This document shows, one piece after another, positions 17,442 to 26,424 of a DNA stretch of 33,676 bases. Where the stretch lies: positions 1 to 33,676 of IMG/VR virus record IMGVR_UViG_3300025288_000061; one strand, 5' to 3'. A program made the translations under genes and the position numbers. Under the pieces are notes generated by a model that was given only the letters and a program-made list of their open reading frames with translations, ran no database searches and was not told the DNA's origin. Position 1 is the first letter of the stretch; every line of letters starts with the position of its first letter. This DNA comes from a virus (taxonomy: Duplodnaviria; Caudoviricetes).

Positions 17442-18689
17442 ATGAAATTATGGCCATTCGGTAAAAACATCAAAGCCTCGATAGGCGAGTTCATCTACAC
17501 GATGAAGCATAGTTTTAGTTCTGATAATTTCGACGCATACGCAAAAGAGGGCTATGCCTGTAATCCAACCGTTTTTGCTTGCATTGATTTAGTTGCGAAG
17601 TCGATGGCGGCCATACCGCTAAAAGTGAAAGTTAGAGGCGAGTATGTTGAGGGTCACCCACTTGAAAAGCTTTTGAAACAACCCAATCCAGATGAAGGAG
17701 GTGTTGAATTTCGCATTGCGGCTGCGTCTTGGTATCTCATCACAGGCAATTGCTTCACTCAAAAACTCATGCAAGGGAAAACTCCAACGCAGCTCTTAAA
17801 CTGGCAGCCATACAATTGGAGTATAATGCGCAATACTGGCAACCCTTTACCTTTGCGTTATATCTTCGGGAAAGGCCAAACTTTTGAGAAAAACTTTGAA
17901 GTTGATATTTTCACTGGCAAAAGCGAGATCATGCATTGGAGATCATTCAATCCATCACGTGAAAGTAGCGAGTTTGGGCAAGCACCGCTAAAAGCCGCAG
18001 CTTCAAGTGTAGACAGCGCAAACGCATCGAGGCTATGGAACTATAGCACTACACAAAACAGCGGCAGCGCATCAATTCTAGTTACGACTGAACAAGAAGT
18101 TACACCAAAGCAACAACAACAACTAGAGCAAAGCTTAGTTGAAAAATGGATGGGTCCGAAGAACGCAAATAAAATTAAAGTAATGGGTTCAGCGTCTAAA
18201 GTTCAAGTGATCTCGATGACGCCCAAGGACATGGAATGGCTAAATGGATTAAAGCTAAATGCGCAAGAAATATGCTCTGTATTCAAAACGCCAACTCAAC
18301 TTTTGGGAATCGAAGGTTCACAAACTTATGCAAACTTTGCCGAGGCGCGTGTTGCTATGGCAGTTATGGCGACTATGCCTTTGCTGACTCTATACGTTTC
18401 GGAGCTAAATAGATTTTTAGCCTCGGATTTTGGACCAGATGTTGAAATATACTTTGATAAGAACGACGTTGACGCATTAGAACCGTTAAGACGTGAAGCT
18501 AGAGCCGAAAAACTTGCGACAAGTGTCTTAACAATCAATGAAAAACGCGCTGTAATCGGATATGAGAGAATTGAAGAAGAGGATGCCGACTCCCTATTTG
18601 TATCACCACAAGATATACCGCTTGGCCTCAATATGTATGAAAGTGACATGAACGACCAAGGGCAAGGCAAGAGTGTACAAAAGAAATAA
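17442..18689 (+). CDS. Portal protein, HK97 family
   Basis: NPTVFACIDLVA, HPLEKLLKQPNP, G+APL, EICSVFKTP, TYANFAEAR, LTINEKRAVIGY. Confidence 0.95.
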   Translation: MKLWPFGKNIKASIGEFIYTMKHSFSSDNFDAYAKEGYACNPTVFACIDLVAKSMAAIPLKVKVRGEYVEGHPLEKLLKQPNPDEGGVEFRIAAASWYLITGNCFTQKLMQGKTPTQLLNWQPYNWSIMRNTGNPLPLRYIFGKGQTFEKNFEVDIFTGKSEIMHWRSFNPSRESSEFGQAPLKAAASSVDSANASRLWNYSTTQNSGSASILVTTEQEVTPKQQQQLEQSLVEKWMGPKNANKIKVMGSASKVQVISMTPKDMEWLNGLKLNAQEICSVFKTPTQLLGIEGSQTYANFAEARVAMAVMATMPLLTLYVSELNRFLASDFGPDVEIYFDKNDVDALEPLRREARAEKLATSVLTINEKRAVIGYERIEEEDADSLFVSPQDIPLGLNMYESDMNDQGQGKSVQKK

Positions 18690-20491
18690 TGGCACTCGCA
18701 AAGACAAAGCGCGAGAAGCTACAAGAAGCAGCAAGACAGCTTAGACAGCGCGCCATCTTAGAGCGTTGGCTCATGCCACGCATGAGAAGAGAACTAAGGC
18801 TGATGGCGACTGATGCGGCTACAGGATATACCGAGGGCGGGATGGAGAGAGCACTTGTAACTATTGACTCTCATAAAATCGCAATTGAAGGATTGCTGAA
18901 TACATTTTATGAAAAGGTCATCACTAAGACAAGTGAAGGTCTAAAAGCTTGGCTTCCGACAATCGAGAAGAAAGACTTTTTTGGCGCTGTAGACAGGCTC
19001 ATAAACTACTTTCGCGGCACAGCATTAAGCAACTCTGTCTCAATCGCTGAGACAACAAAAGATGAAGTCAGGCAGATCATGGAGCCGATGATTGCCAACT
19101 TTGAAACCGAAGGAACTATCGCCAAAGCGATTGAAAGCAAACTCAAAAAACAATCGCGCTCAAGAGCTCAGATGATAGCGCGGACGGAATCGGGTATTGC
19201 AGTCAGCAAGAGCCAATTCGATTTAGTTCAAGAGGTCGAGACTTTGCCGATGAAGAAAGAGTGGGTCACAACGTTTAGGGACTCAAGAGACTCACACAAA
19301 GATATTGACGGCACTAAAATAGAAAAGCATGAAGCATTTAAGGTGAGACGTCAAAACGGTGGCTATGATCAGATGCAGCATCCGCACGACAGAGCGGCAA
19401 GCGCTGGGAATATATACAACTGCCTGCATCCATCAACCGTTATCGGGCTTTGCCATCCTAATAAACTCTTCAGAAGGCATTATGTCGGTGAAATAATCGA
19501 GATTGAAATAAGTTCTGAACATAAACTCACCGTTACCCCTAACCATCCTATACTGACCAAGCTTGGATGGAAGAGTGCAAGGCTCATTAATGAAGGTGAT
19601 GAGCTGATCGTAGACGCTGTCAGAGATGGTATCAATTCCGTGAACGTTGATATAGAAGCACCGAAAGCCACAGTAGGCGAGATGTACGATTCTTTTTTGA
19701 AGAATCGGTATCTTCCAAGCGTCACCAGTGGAATTGTGGATTTCCACGGCGACGCCACCAATCCCGACGTCGATATTATAAGCGTAGACAGGGAGTTGAT
19801 GAACAGCATCAAGCCCACGTTTGAGACACCCATCGAGAAAGGACTTCTCCAGTTTTCCGAAACGAGCAGAGTTTGCTTGATGGACGAAAGCGCGATGGAC
19901 GAGTTCATGTTCAGATCGCTTCTTTCCTCGAACTGCGTCGTGAGCGGCTTTGGTGATTTTCTTGATGTAGTCAGGGCTTGCCTTGCTAAATCTGATCCTC
20001 ATGGCCTCGCTGCCAGTTCTGGGCTTGAGTCCGAGCTTTTTCATGCAAAAGCTTATTGTATTTCTCTCGCATCCAAGGACTTTCGACATTTTAAGAACGG
20101 AATCGCCCTTGATGTAGAGATATTCGACTTTATCAATAACGAGCTCCCAAGGCTTTTTTCTGATCTCAGCGCCAACACTCTTGAGCCCAGCATATACGGT
20201 GCAATTAGATATTCCTATGAGTTTAGCTATCTCGAAAGACTTTTTCCCAGACTCATAAAGTTGTTTGATTCTTTCATCTCTTTTAGATTTTTGAGTAAAA
20301 GGCTCTCCGTTGACGTCGTGACCAAGATTAGTACTCATGAATATGATGGGCCTGTTTATAATATTGAAGATACCAAGTCATTCTATAGCGCATCTACAAT
20401 AATTAATCATAATTGCATGTGTGTAATGATATTCGTACCTGCTTTCGACGTTGGAGATTTTGACGAAGAGGCGGCTTATGCTGACGACTAA
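18689..20491 (+). CDS. MuF/SPP1 gp7-like minor head protein, intein-containing precursor (269 aa after splicing)
   Basis: RAQMIARTE, KKEWVT...RDSH, HPHD...GNIYN|CMC motif rebuilt once residues 245-575 are removed; follows the portal. Confidence 0.9.
   Translation: MALAKTKREKLQEAARQLRQRAILERWLMPRMRRELRLMATDAATGYTEGGMERALVTIDSHKIAIEGLLNTFYEKVITKTSEGLKAWLPTIEKKDFFGAVDRLINYFRGTALSNSVSIAETTKDEVRQIMEPMIANFETEGTIAKAIESKLKKQSRSRAQMIARTESGIAVSKSQFDLVQEVETLPMKKEWVTTFRDSRDSHKDIDGTKIEKHEAFKVRRQNGGYDQMQHPHDRAASAGNIYNCLHPSTVIGLCHPNKLFRRHYVGEIIEIEISSEHKLTVTPNHPILTKLGWKSARLINEGDELIVDAVRDGINSVNVDIEAPKATVGEMYDSFLKNRYLPSVTSGIVDFHGDATNPDVDIISVDRELMNSIKPTFETPIEKGLLQFSETSRVCLMDESAMDEFMFRSLLSSNCVVSGFGDFLDVVRACLAKSDPHGLAASSGLESELFHAKAYCISLASKDFRHFKNGIALDVEIFDFINNELPRLFSDLSANTLEPSIYGAIRYSYEFSYLERLFPRLIKLFDSFISFRFLSKRLSVDVVTKISTHEYDGPVYNIEDTKSFYSASTIINHNCMCVMIFVPAFDVGDFDEEAAYADD
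19421..20413 (+). mobile_element. Intein (331 aa) inserted in the MuF N-C-x-C motif
   Basis: Block A CLHPSTVI, block B LTVTPNHPILT (TxxH), GWKSA..I.EGDEL, block F YDGPVYNIE, block G IINHN followed by +1 Cys. Confidence 0.92.
19433..20338 (-). CDS. Antisense-encoded putative homing endonuclease (HTH-HTH, NUMOD3-like linker, Vsr/DUF559-like nuclease) nested in the intein
   Basis: 301-aa ATG-started ORF; LYESGKKSFEIAKLIGISNCTV and LYIKGDSVLKMSKVLGCERNTI tandem HTHs; RGKKRSEHE; LEKSF...HQLPVYAYNIDVGIGGVAVEIH...RIVHLAYCGFRCFYI. Confidence 0.8.
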   Translation of the reverse strand: MSTNLGHDVNGEPFTQKSKRDERIKQLYESGKKSFEIAKLIGISNCTVYAGLKSVGAEIRKKPWELVIDKVEYLYIKGDSVLKMSKVLGCERNTISFCMKKLGLKPRTGSEAMRIRFSKASPDYIKKITKAAHDAVRGKKRSEHELVHRAFVHQANSARFGKLEKSFLDGCLKRGLDAVHQLPVYAYNIDVGIGGVAVEIHNSTGDAWKIPILQKRIVHLAYCGFRCFYINVHGIDTISDSVYDQLITFINEPCTLPSKLGQYRMVRGNGEFMFRTYFNLDYFTDIMPSEEFIRMAKPDNG

Positions 20492-21166
20492 ATGAGCAAC
20501 GTACCACCTAGCAAAAGAGAACAGCATCTGGCAAAGTCTGGCGTTGAGCTAAAGTCAGACGATACGCAGCTTGACGTTGCCGCATGGCGAGAAGCACAGG
20601 CAACAAAGCTAGATAGTATAGAAGCGCTGATTATAGCCACAAATGCAGCCTTGGCAGGTACGCTCATAGCACGCTCATCAACTCATGAAAATGTCCATTT
20701 AGGCAAAACGTTCTTAGCTTTCCACAATTCATCATCACTAGCAAATGGCTCTAACATCAATATTTTTTTTGAGACGAGTGCCACCACAAGCGCTGCACCT
20801 CACATCGTCATTGATGCAAGCGGCAGCTTGGCGTTTCAGTTTGAGGTCTTAGAAGGGCCAACAGTTACGAGCGGAACTGGAACGAGTCAATCTGTTTTTA
20901 ATAAAAATCGTCAGTCGGCAACAACGTCTTTAGTCTATGACAACGCTTCAACACCTGTTCAAAATAAAATGTCTATTGATGTTACTGTGACGGCTGATGG
21001 TACGGTGATAAGTGACGATTATCTACCAACAGGCAAAAGCTCTGGTGGTATATTAGACTTTGGGCGAGAGTTGATTTTGAAAGCCTCAACTAAATACGTG
21101 TTTAGACTCACATCGTTAGAAAATAATAACATTTGCCACATCAATTTAGACTGGTATGAACCTTAA
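20492..21166 (+). CDS. Hypothetical beta-rich protein, probably virion-associated
   Basis: S/T/G-rich, lies inside the head module. Confidence 0.6.
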   Translation: MSNVPPSKREQHLAKSGVELKSDDTQLDVAAWREAQATKLDSIEALIIATNAALAGTLIARSSTHENVHLGKTFLAFHNSSSLANGSNINIFFETSATTSAAPHIVIDASGSLAFQFEVLEGPTVTSGTGTSQSVFNKNRQSATTSLVYDNASTPVQNKMSIDVTVTADGTVISDDYLPTGKSSGGILDFGRELILKASTKYVFRLTSLENNNICHINLDWYEP

Positions 21167-21202
21167 TTTGACAACGGAACGCGAAAAGGGAAAATATCAC
21201 TC

Positions 21203-21904
21203 ATGGAAATGAAACGATTATTTTGTCCAATCCAATTTAAGATGGAAGACGAGTCATCCACTCGTGGCCATTTTAAGGGGCATGGTGCCATATTCGGCAA
21301 TGTTGACTTAGGTGGTGACGTTATTCAAGCTGGTGCTTTCGCCAATACTCTCGTAGAGTGGAAGAAAGACGGTATGTTACCTCAGCTTTTATGGTATCAC
21401 AACAATGAGGAAATCATTGGTGAATGGACTAAAATGGAAGAGGACGAGAAGGGCCTTTATGTAGAAGGCAAGCTTTGGATTAATGGCGAGTCGAGAATTG
21501 AACGCGCTGTTCAAGCTTATAACGTGATTAAATCGAACTCAGTCAAAGGTTTGTCGATTGGATATAGAGCAAAAGAACAAGACTATCAAGAGCAAATGGA
21601 CGGCTCAAATATACGAATTTTAAAAGAATTAAAATTGTACGAAGTATCAATAGCCCCGTGGGCTATGAATCCTATGGCGTCAGTCACAGGGGTAAAAACA
21701 ATGATTGACACAAATGGGGACATTCTATCCAAAAGAGAAGTTGAGAAAATTTTGAGGGATTCAGGACTTTCTAAGAAACAAGCGTTAGCGTTCGTGGCTA
21801 AGGGTTACGATGGAATCAAGCGAGATGCTGATTTAAACGATGGTGACTTGTTGGAAATTCTCAAATCAATATCAAAACTTTCAACAACTATTCTAAAAGG
21901 TTAG
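21203..21904 (+). CDS. Prohead maturation protease, HK97 family
   Basis: FKGHGAIFGNVDLGGDVI, LLWYH, GLYVEG, GLSIGY, LYEVS...AMNP. Confidence 0.95.
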   Translation: MEMKRLFCPIQFKMEDESSTRGHFKGHGAIFGNVDLGGDVIQAGAFANTLVEWKKDGMLPQLLWYHNNEEIIGEWTKMEEDEKGLYVEGKLWINGESRIERAVQAYNVIKSNSVKGLSIGYRAKEQDYQEQMDGSNIRILKELKLYEVSIAPWAMNPMASVTGVKTMIDTNGDILSKREVEKILRDSGLSKKQALAFVAKGYDGIKRDADLNDGDLLEILKSISKLSTTILKG

Positions 21905-21908
21905 ACAA

Positions 21909-23150
21909 ATGAGTGAAGTACTCGAAATCAAAGCCCAAATTGACAAAATTGGGGAAGCATGGGAAGCTTCTAAAAAAACAAATGATGAATTGCTTTTGAA
22001 GCAAAAAAATCTTGAAGGCGGTCAAGCAGAGCTTAAAGAAAAACAGGCTAAAATTGACGTAGCTTTGAACGACGCGCTTGAACTAAAGAAAACAATCATG
22101 GAAGTTCAAGACGCTGTGAAACGAGTATCGAACTCTTTTATTAGTCCAGAATCAAAAGCAGATCTAAGAGATTTTAGCGATGCTTTTAAGGTATGGGTAA
22201 AGAAAGGCATGCCTCATGACATAAAGAATTTAGGCTTGAGTGAAAAGCAAGAAAAGGCTTTGCAGTCAAATATTGATCCTCAAGGCGGATATACCGTAAA
22301 CCCATTCATGGGCGCTATTGAGAAGATTTTGTTTGATACTTCCCCAGTTCGTTCGCTTGCGCGCACTATCACTATCGGAACCGACGAGTATGTTGGTTAC
22401 TTAGACGATAACGAGTTTGGTGCAGGTTGGATCGGTGAAGTTGGCTCACGTTCTGACACCTCAACGGCTGACATTGGAAAAGTAACAATTCCAGTTCGCG
22501 AAATGTATGCACGCTTTACGCTTACTGAACGCTTGCTTGAGGATTCGTCTTGGAACATTGAGCAATGGGCCACTCAACACGTAGCAGATAGGTTCGGACG
22601 CTTAGAAGCTACTGGATATGTAACTGGTTCTAGTCCAAATCAACCTCAAGGTTTAGCTACAGCAACGGCTAAAACTTCAAACGGAGACGTCTACACACGC
22701 GATCAAATTGGTGCTATTCTTGCAGCTTCAACTACTGCTATTACTAAGGATGAACTCGTTAGTCTTAGAGCATTGTTAAAAAGTAGTTATCGAGCGAATG
22801 CTTATTTCTTTTATAATCGAGACACTGAAGCTTATATCAGAAAACTAACAGATGGACAAGGAAATTATTTGTGGCAACCTTCTTATCAGTTGGGTGAAGC
22901 AGATACTTTAATTGGACAAAGAACCGTTGTATTTGAAGACATGGCAGACCGTGCTGCTTCTGCAATTTCAGTCGGGCTAGGTGACTTGAGAAACTCTTAC
23001 TTGATTGTTGACCGTGTTGGAATGAGTGTTTTGAAAGACCCGTTCACGGCTGCGTCTAGCGGAAAAGTGTACTTACACATGCGCAAGCGTGTTGGTGGTG
23101 GAATCGTGAATTTTGATTCTATGAAATATCTCAAACAAGCCGCGTCTTAA
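21909..23150 (+). CDS. Major capsid protein, HK97 fold with delta domain
   Basis: Coiled-coil N-terminus, GGYTV, LLEDS, LTDGQGNYLWQP, RKRVGG. Confidence 0.95.
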   Translation: MSEVLEIKAQIDKIGEAWEASKKTNDELLLKQKNLEGGQAELKEKQAKIDVALNDALELKKTIMEVQDAVKRVSNSFISPESKADLRDFSDAFKVWVKKGMPHDIKNLGLSEKQEKALQSNIDPQGGYTVNPFMGAIEKILFDTSPVRSLARTITIGTDEYVGYLDDNEFGAGWIGEVGSRSDTSTADIGKVTIPVREMYARFTLTERLLEDSSWNIEQWATQHVADRFGRLEATGYVTGSSPNQPQGLATATAKTSNGDVYTRDQIGAILAASTTAITKDELVSLRALLKSSYRANAYFFYNRDTEAYIRKLTDGQGNYLWQPSYQLGEADTLIGQRTVVFEDMADRAASAISVGLGDLRNSYLIVDRVGMSVLKDPFTAASSGKVYLHMRKRVGGGIVNFDSMKYLKQAAS

Positions 23151-23167
23151 TCAGGAGGGTATAGAAA

Positions 23168-23566
23168 ATGACTAAAGACCTAAAAAATAACATCAAAATA
23201 GTACCAACAATTCTTCCTGTTAATGCGACAGGCAATACCACTGGTGTTGCCGTTGCACTGGCAGGGTATGAGAGTTGCATTGCTGAAATCACGGCAACAA
23301 CCGCCTCTGTAGGCGGAACGTTCAGACTGACTGAGTGCGCTACTTCTGGCGGTTCCTACACAGACGTTGCAGTTGCCGACATTATCACGACTGGAACCTA
23401 TAATTTGACGACTGGAATTGCAGTTGTTGAAGACGAAGCCGTTTCGGTAGGATATATTGGAACCCTTGGATTTATCAAAGGTGTGTTCACGCATAGTGCA
23501 ACTGGTGTAATCTCTGCTAATGTAATCCTTGGAAATTCTTTAATAGCACCTACTGGAGCCAACTAA
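23168..23566 (+). CDS. Probable capsid decoration/cement protein
   Basis: Small beta-rich T/G/A/V protein right after the capsid gene; SD GGAGG. Confidence 0.55.
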   Translation: MTKDLKNNIKIVPTILPVNATGNTTGVAVALAGYESCIAEITATTASVGGTFRLTECATSGGSYTDVAVADIITTGTYNLTTGIAVVEDEAVSVGYIGTLGFIKGVFTHSATGVISANVILGNSLIAPTGAN

Positions 23567-23569
23567 GCA

Positions 23570-23815
23570 ATGAGCAAAGAGATTGAAGTCGTTTTTAATC
23601 AGGACTTGAAAGCTTACCCAAACGGCTTCACTCTTTGCCATTTTAAAAAGGGGCAGCGAGTTTCGTTGCCCTTTGATTTCGCTATGGCTCAACTTGAGGC
23701 GGGTATTTGCTCTAAGTTCGAGAACCGAGAAACAAAGCCATTTGTTGAGCCTATCGAGATTAAAAAAACTGGATTATCTGAAAAGGCTTTATCAAAAAAA
23801 GGCAAGGCTAAGTGA
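23570..23815 (+). CDS. Small hypothetical head-module protein
   Basis: Position; basic C-terminal tail. Confidence 0.6.
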   Translation: MSKEIEVVFNQDLKAYPNGFTLCHFKKGQRVSLPFDFAMAQLEAGICSKFENRETKPFVEPIEIKKTGLSEKALSKKGKAK

Positions 23816-24465
23816 TTAGAAGCAAAGTTACCGTTGCGCCTACATCTGAGCCAATCACTCTAACCGAGCTAAAGGCTCATTTACGCATCACAGGCACGGC
23901 AGAAGACACACTTTTAACTGACTACATAGAAACGGCCAGAATTATGGTCGAAGACATTACGGGTCGGAAACTTATCAATCAAACTTTAGTTGGATACACC
24001 GATTCATTTTCAAGTGACAATAATGGCCAAGTAAAAGGAGAGTGGTGGAGTGGTGTTAGAGTCGGCACATATTTCACGCACATTTTAAACGGCAAGACAT
24101 TCATTGAGCTTGACTGGACGCCCATTTCAAGCATCACAAGCGTTTATACAGTCGATGATGATGCAAGCGAGACGCTTTACGCTTCGACTAATTATTATTT
24201 AGATAATTTCGACAATGACATGAAATCTAGAATCTATCTGACTGAGAACGCAGAAATCCCAACAGGGTTACGCTGTCAGAACGCTATCAAAATTACTTAT
24301 GTTGCAGGGTACGGAGCCACAGCGGCAAGCGTTCCAATGAGCTTAAATCATGCTGTGAAGCTCATGGCTGCCGAGATATACAACAAGCGCGGTGACTGCG
24401 AAGATTGCGCTTTAAACGCAGGAGTGCTGCCTACGCTGCAGCAATATAAAATCATGAGTTTATGA
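23812..24465 (+). CDS. Head-tail adaptor (gp6-like)
   Basis: EPITLTELKAHLRI...ED.LL..YI.TAR..VE..TGRKLI.QT; YVAGYG...VP. Confidence 0.9.
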   Translation: MIRSKVTVAPTSEPITLTELKAHLRITGTAEDTLLTDYIETARIMVEDITGRKLINQTLVGYTDSFSSDNNGQVKGEWWSGVRVGTYFTHILNGKTFIELDWTPISSITSVYTVDDDASETLYASTNYYLDNFDNDMKSRIYLTENAEIPTGLRCQNAIKITYVAGYGATAASVPMSLNHAVKLMAAEIYNKRGDCEDCALNAGVLPTLQQYKIMSL

Positions 24466-24815
24466 AAATATGTTCATCACATTTTGACGCATACTGTGAA
24501 GTATTTAGCCGCAATGCAATAAGTGATGGCGCAGGTGGTCAGGCTGGCCCATGGGCAAGCAAAGTATTCTTGTGGGTTGCCGTTGATCAGGCTAACGCAA
24601 ATGAATCGCTTAATGAAGGCGGTTTAAAAACAGTTAGGCGCGTTTCGTTTTATTGCAACTACAGGACTGACTTGCTTACTACAGACAGAATTTCTCTTGA
24701 CTCAGTAAATCACAACATCACATCAATAACGCGAGTCGACGCCAACGGAAAGTCAGCATATCGCGGCAAGTTTTTGCGCATAGACACAGATTCAAGCGAG
24801 TGGTTTGGGGTCTGA
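24462..24815 (+). CDS. Head closure protein (SPP1 gp16-like)
   Basis: SDGAGGQ...W, YRTDL...DRI; position. Confidence 0.75.
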   Translation: MKICSSHFDAYCEVFSRNAISDGAGGQAGPWASKVFLWVAVDQANANESLNEGGLKTVRRVSFYCNYRTDLLTTDRISLDSVNHNITSITRVDANGKSAYRGKFLRIDTDSSEWFGV

Positions 24816-25254
24816 AGTTAAAACAACTATCAAAGGGCTTGAGTCTCTTATCAAATCTTATCAAGAAAGATCAGATAGAGCGCTAAAGATTAACGCTGAG
24901 ACAATGAGCACTATTGTTTCATTGGTTGAGGGTAACGCTGAAAAGCTGATTAGGAACAAAACGTCAAAGGGAAAGGCTACAAGATACAATCCAAAGCGCA
25001 CGGTGACAGTTTCGGCAGAAGGTAAGGCACCAAATAGCGACTTGGGCGATTTGATTAAAGGCATAGTTCATGATGTTAAAAAAACAAAAAGAGGACTCGT
25101 TATTGGTACGATTCGATCCAAAGCGCCTTATTCATTCGATTTGGAATATGGCACTGAAAAAATGGCCAAGCGCCCATTTATGAGGCCAGCTTTAAAGGGT
25201 AGTCGAAAGCAGATATTAAAGATCATTGCAGAGGGCTTGAAGCGTGCACTATGA
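24805..25254 (+). CDS. HK97 gp10-like neck protein
   Basis: SAEGKAPNSDLGDL, APYSFDLEYGTEKMAKRPFMRPAL. Confidence 0.85.
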   Translation: MGSEVKTTIKGLESLIKSYQERSDRALKINAETMSTIVSLVEGNAEKLIRNKTSKGKATRYNPKRTVTVSAEGKAPNSDLGDLIKGIVHDVKKTKRGLVIGTIRSKAPYSFDLEYGTEKMAKRPFMRPALKGSRKQILKIIAEGLKRAL

Positions 25255-25645
25255 TATAATCACCGTTGCGGTTGCTCGTTGCCTTGCAGATGCAAACATA
25301 TCATCATTGGTAGGCACAAAGGTTTACAATAACGTGCCTAAGGGCACGGTTAGACCTTATTTAGTTGTCACCGTAGATGATGCCGTGAATCTTCCAGACA
25401 AGACATCTGGCGAGCTATTCACAGAGCTTGAGTTGACGTTCGACCATTGGGATGAGTCGTTTGGGCAAAAGAACATTTTGATGATGGCGAATTATCTCAC
25501 GGATGAGTTTCATCTGAACTCTTTAACTCTCACTTTAGGTTCAAGAAATTTGCTGATGATGAGAGAAAGATATAATTCATTTCTGGAAAGTGATGGGCTT
25601 GCTTATCACGGAATAACAACATTTAGACTGCTCATAGAGGATTAA
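25244..25645 (+). CDS. Tail terminator (DUF3168-like)
   Basis: KVYNNVP...PYLVV, YHGITTFR; position. Confidence 0.75.
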   Translation: MHYDIITVAVARCLADANISSLVGTKVYNNVPKGTVRPYLVVTVDDAVNLPDKTSGELFTELELTFDHWDESFGQKNILMMANYLTDEFHLNSLTLTLGSRNLLMMRERYNSFLESDGLAYHGITTFRLLIED

Positions 25646-25651
25646 AAAAAG

Positions 25652-26050
25652 ATGGCTGATAAATTTCTTGGCATCAGCATGGTGCTTCAATTAAACGTAT
25701 TGTCTTCATACACCACAATAGGTGGTTGTGTCGCGCATACATTGGTGATCAACAATGAAACCATTGACGTATCCGATAAAGATAGCTCAAGATGGTCAGA
25801 CAAGCTTGCCGCAGGTGCACGATCTCTAGATGTTAGTTTCAATGGTTGGGTTAATGATGATACGACTTTTGCTTTGATTGAAACAGCAGCCGAGGCTCAT
25901 TCTGTGCTTGACCTAAAATTGCTTTACGGTGACTCAAAAACTGTCACTTCTAACTTTTATGTCAATAGCTTTACATATACTGGTGAGTACAACGGTTCTC
26001 AAACGTTCGCCTGTACTCTAGCTCATGACGGCATCCCAACGTTCGCATAA
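25652..26050 (+). CDS. Major tail tube protein
   Basis: YTTIGG...INNETIDVSDKDS..W...GARSLDVSFNG, YTGEYNG..TF. Confidence 0.85.
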   Translation: MADKFLGISMVLQLNVLSSYTTIGGCVAHTLVINNETIDVSDKDSSRWSDKLAAGARSLDVSFNGWVNDDTTFALIETAAEAHSVLDLKLLYGDSKTVTSNFYVNSFTYTGEYNGSQTFACTLAHDGIPTFA

Positions 26051-26424
26051 TGGCTAATAAACTTAGAGCAGCTTTCGACATTGTCTTGAATGGCAAGGAG
26101 TACACGCTTAGACCTACTTTTGAAGCCATTGCCTTGTTTATGGATAAAACTGGCATGGACCCTTTTGAAGCTTGGGCTAAGTGTCAAGAAGGCGGGAAAA
26201 TCAAGACTATAGTTGGCGCTATATGGGCTGGAATAGCTGGTGAATCTGTGCTACAAGGCAAGCGTGATTATCCGAGCTACACAAAGATCGGCGAAGAGTG
26301 TCAAGCACATGGTTTTCCAGAGTGCTTTGAATTTGCAATCAAGTTTTTAACGAATGCAACCGCGAGCGATGCAGCCTTAAAAAAGTTAAGCGAGACGGAA
26401 GCGCCAACGTCTCCGAACGAGTAA
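26050..26424 (+). CDS. Tail assembly chaperone (gpG-like)
   Basis: LNGKEYTLRPTFEAI; between tube and tape measure. Confidence 0.8.
   Translation: MANKLRAAFDIVLNGKEYTLRPTFEAIALFMDKTGMDPFEAWAKCQEGGKIKTIVGAIWAGIAGESVLQGKRDYPSYTKIGEECQAHGFPECFEFAIKFLTNATASDAALKKLSETEAPTSPNE

Noticed and set aside
19480-19908. 142-aa second minus-strand ORF inside the intein
   Set aside because: Ser/Ile-rich shadow with no motif; the 301-aa frame explains the region
18689-20491. MuF fused to a C-terminal polymorphic toxin
   Set aside because: The extra region is bounded by intein motifs and the MuF Cys motif resumes after it; only a short acidic tail follows
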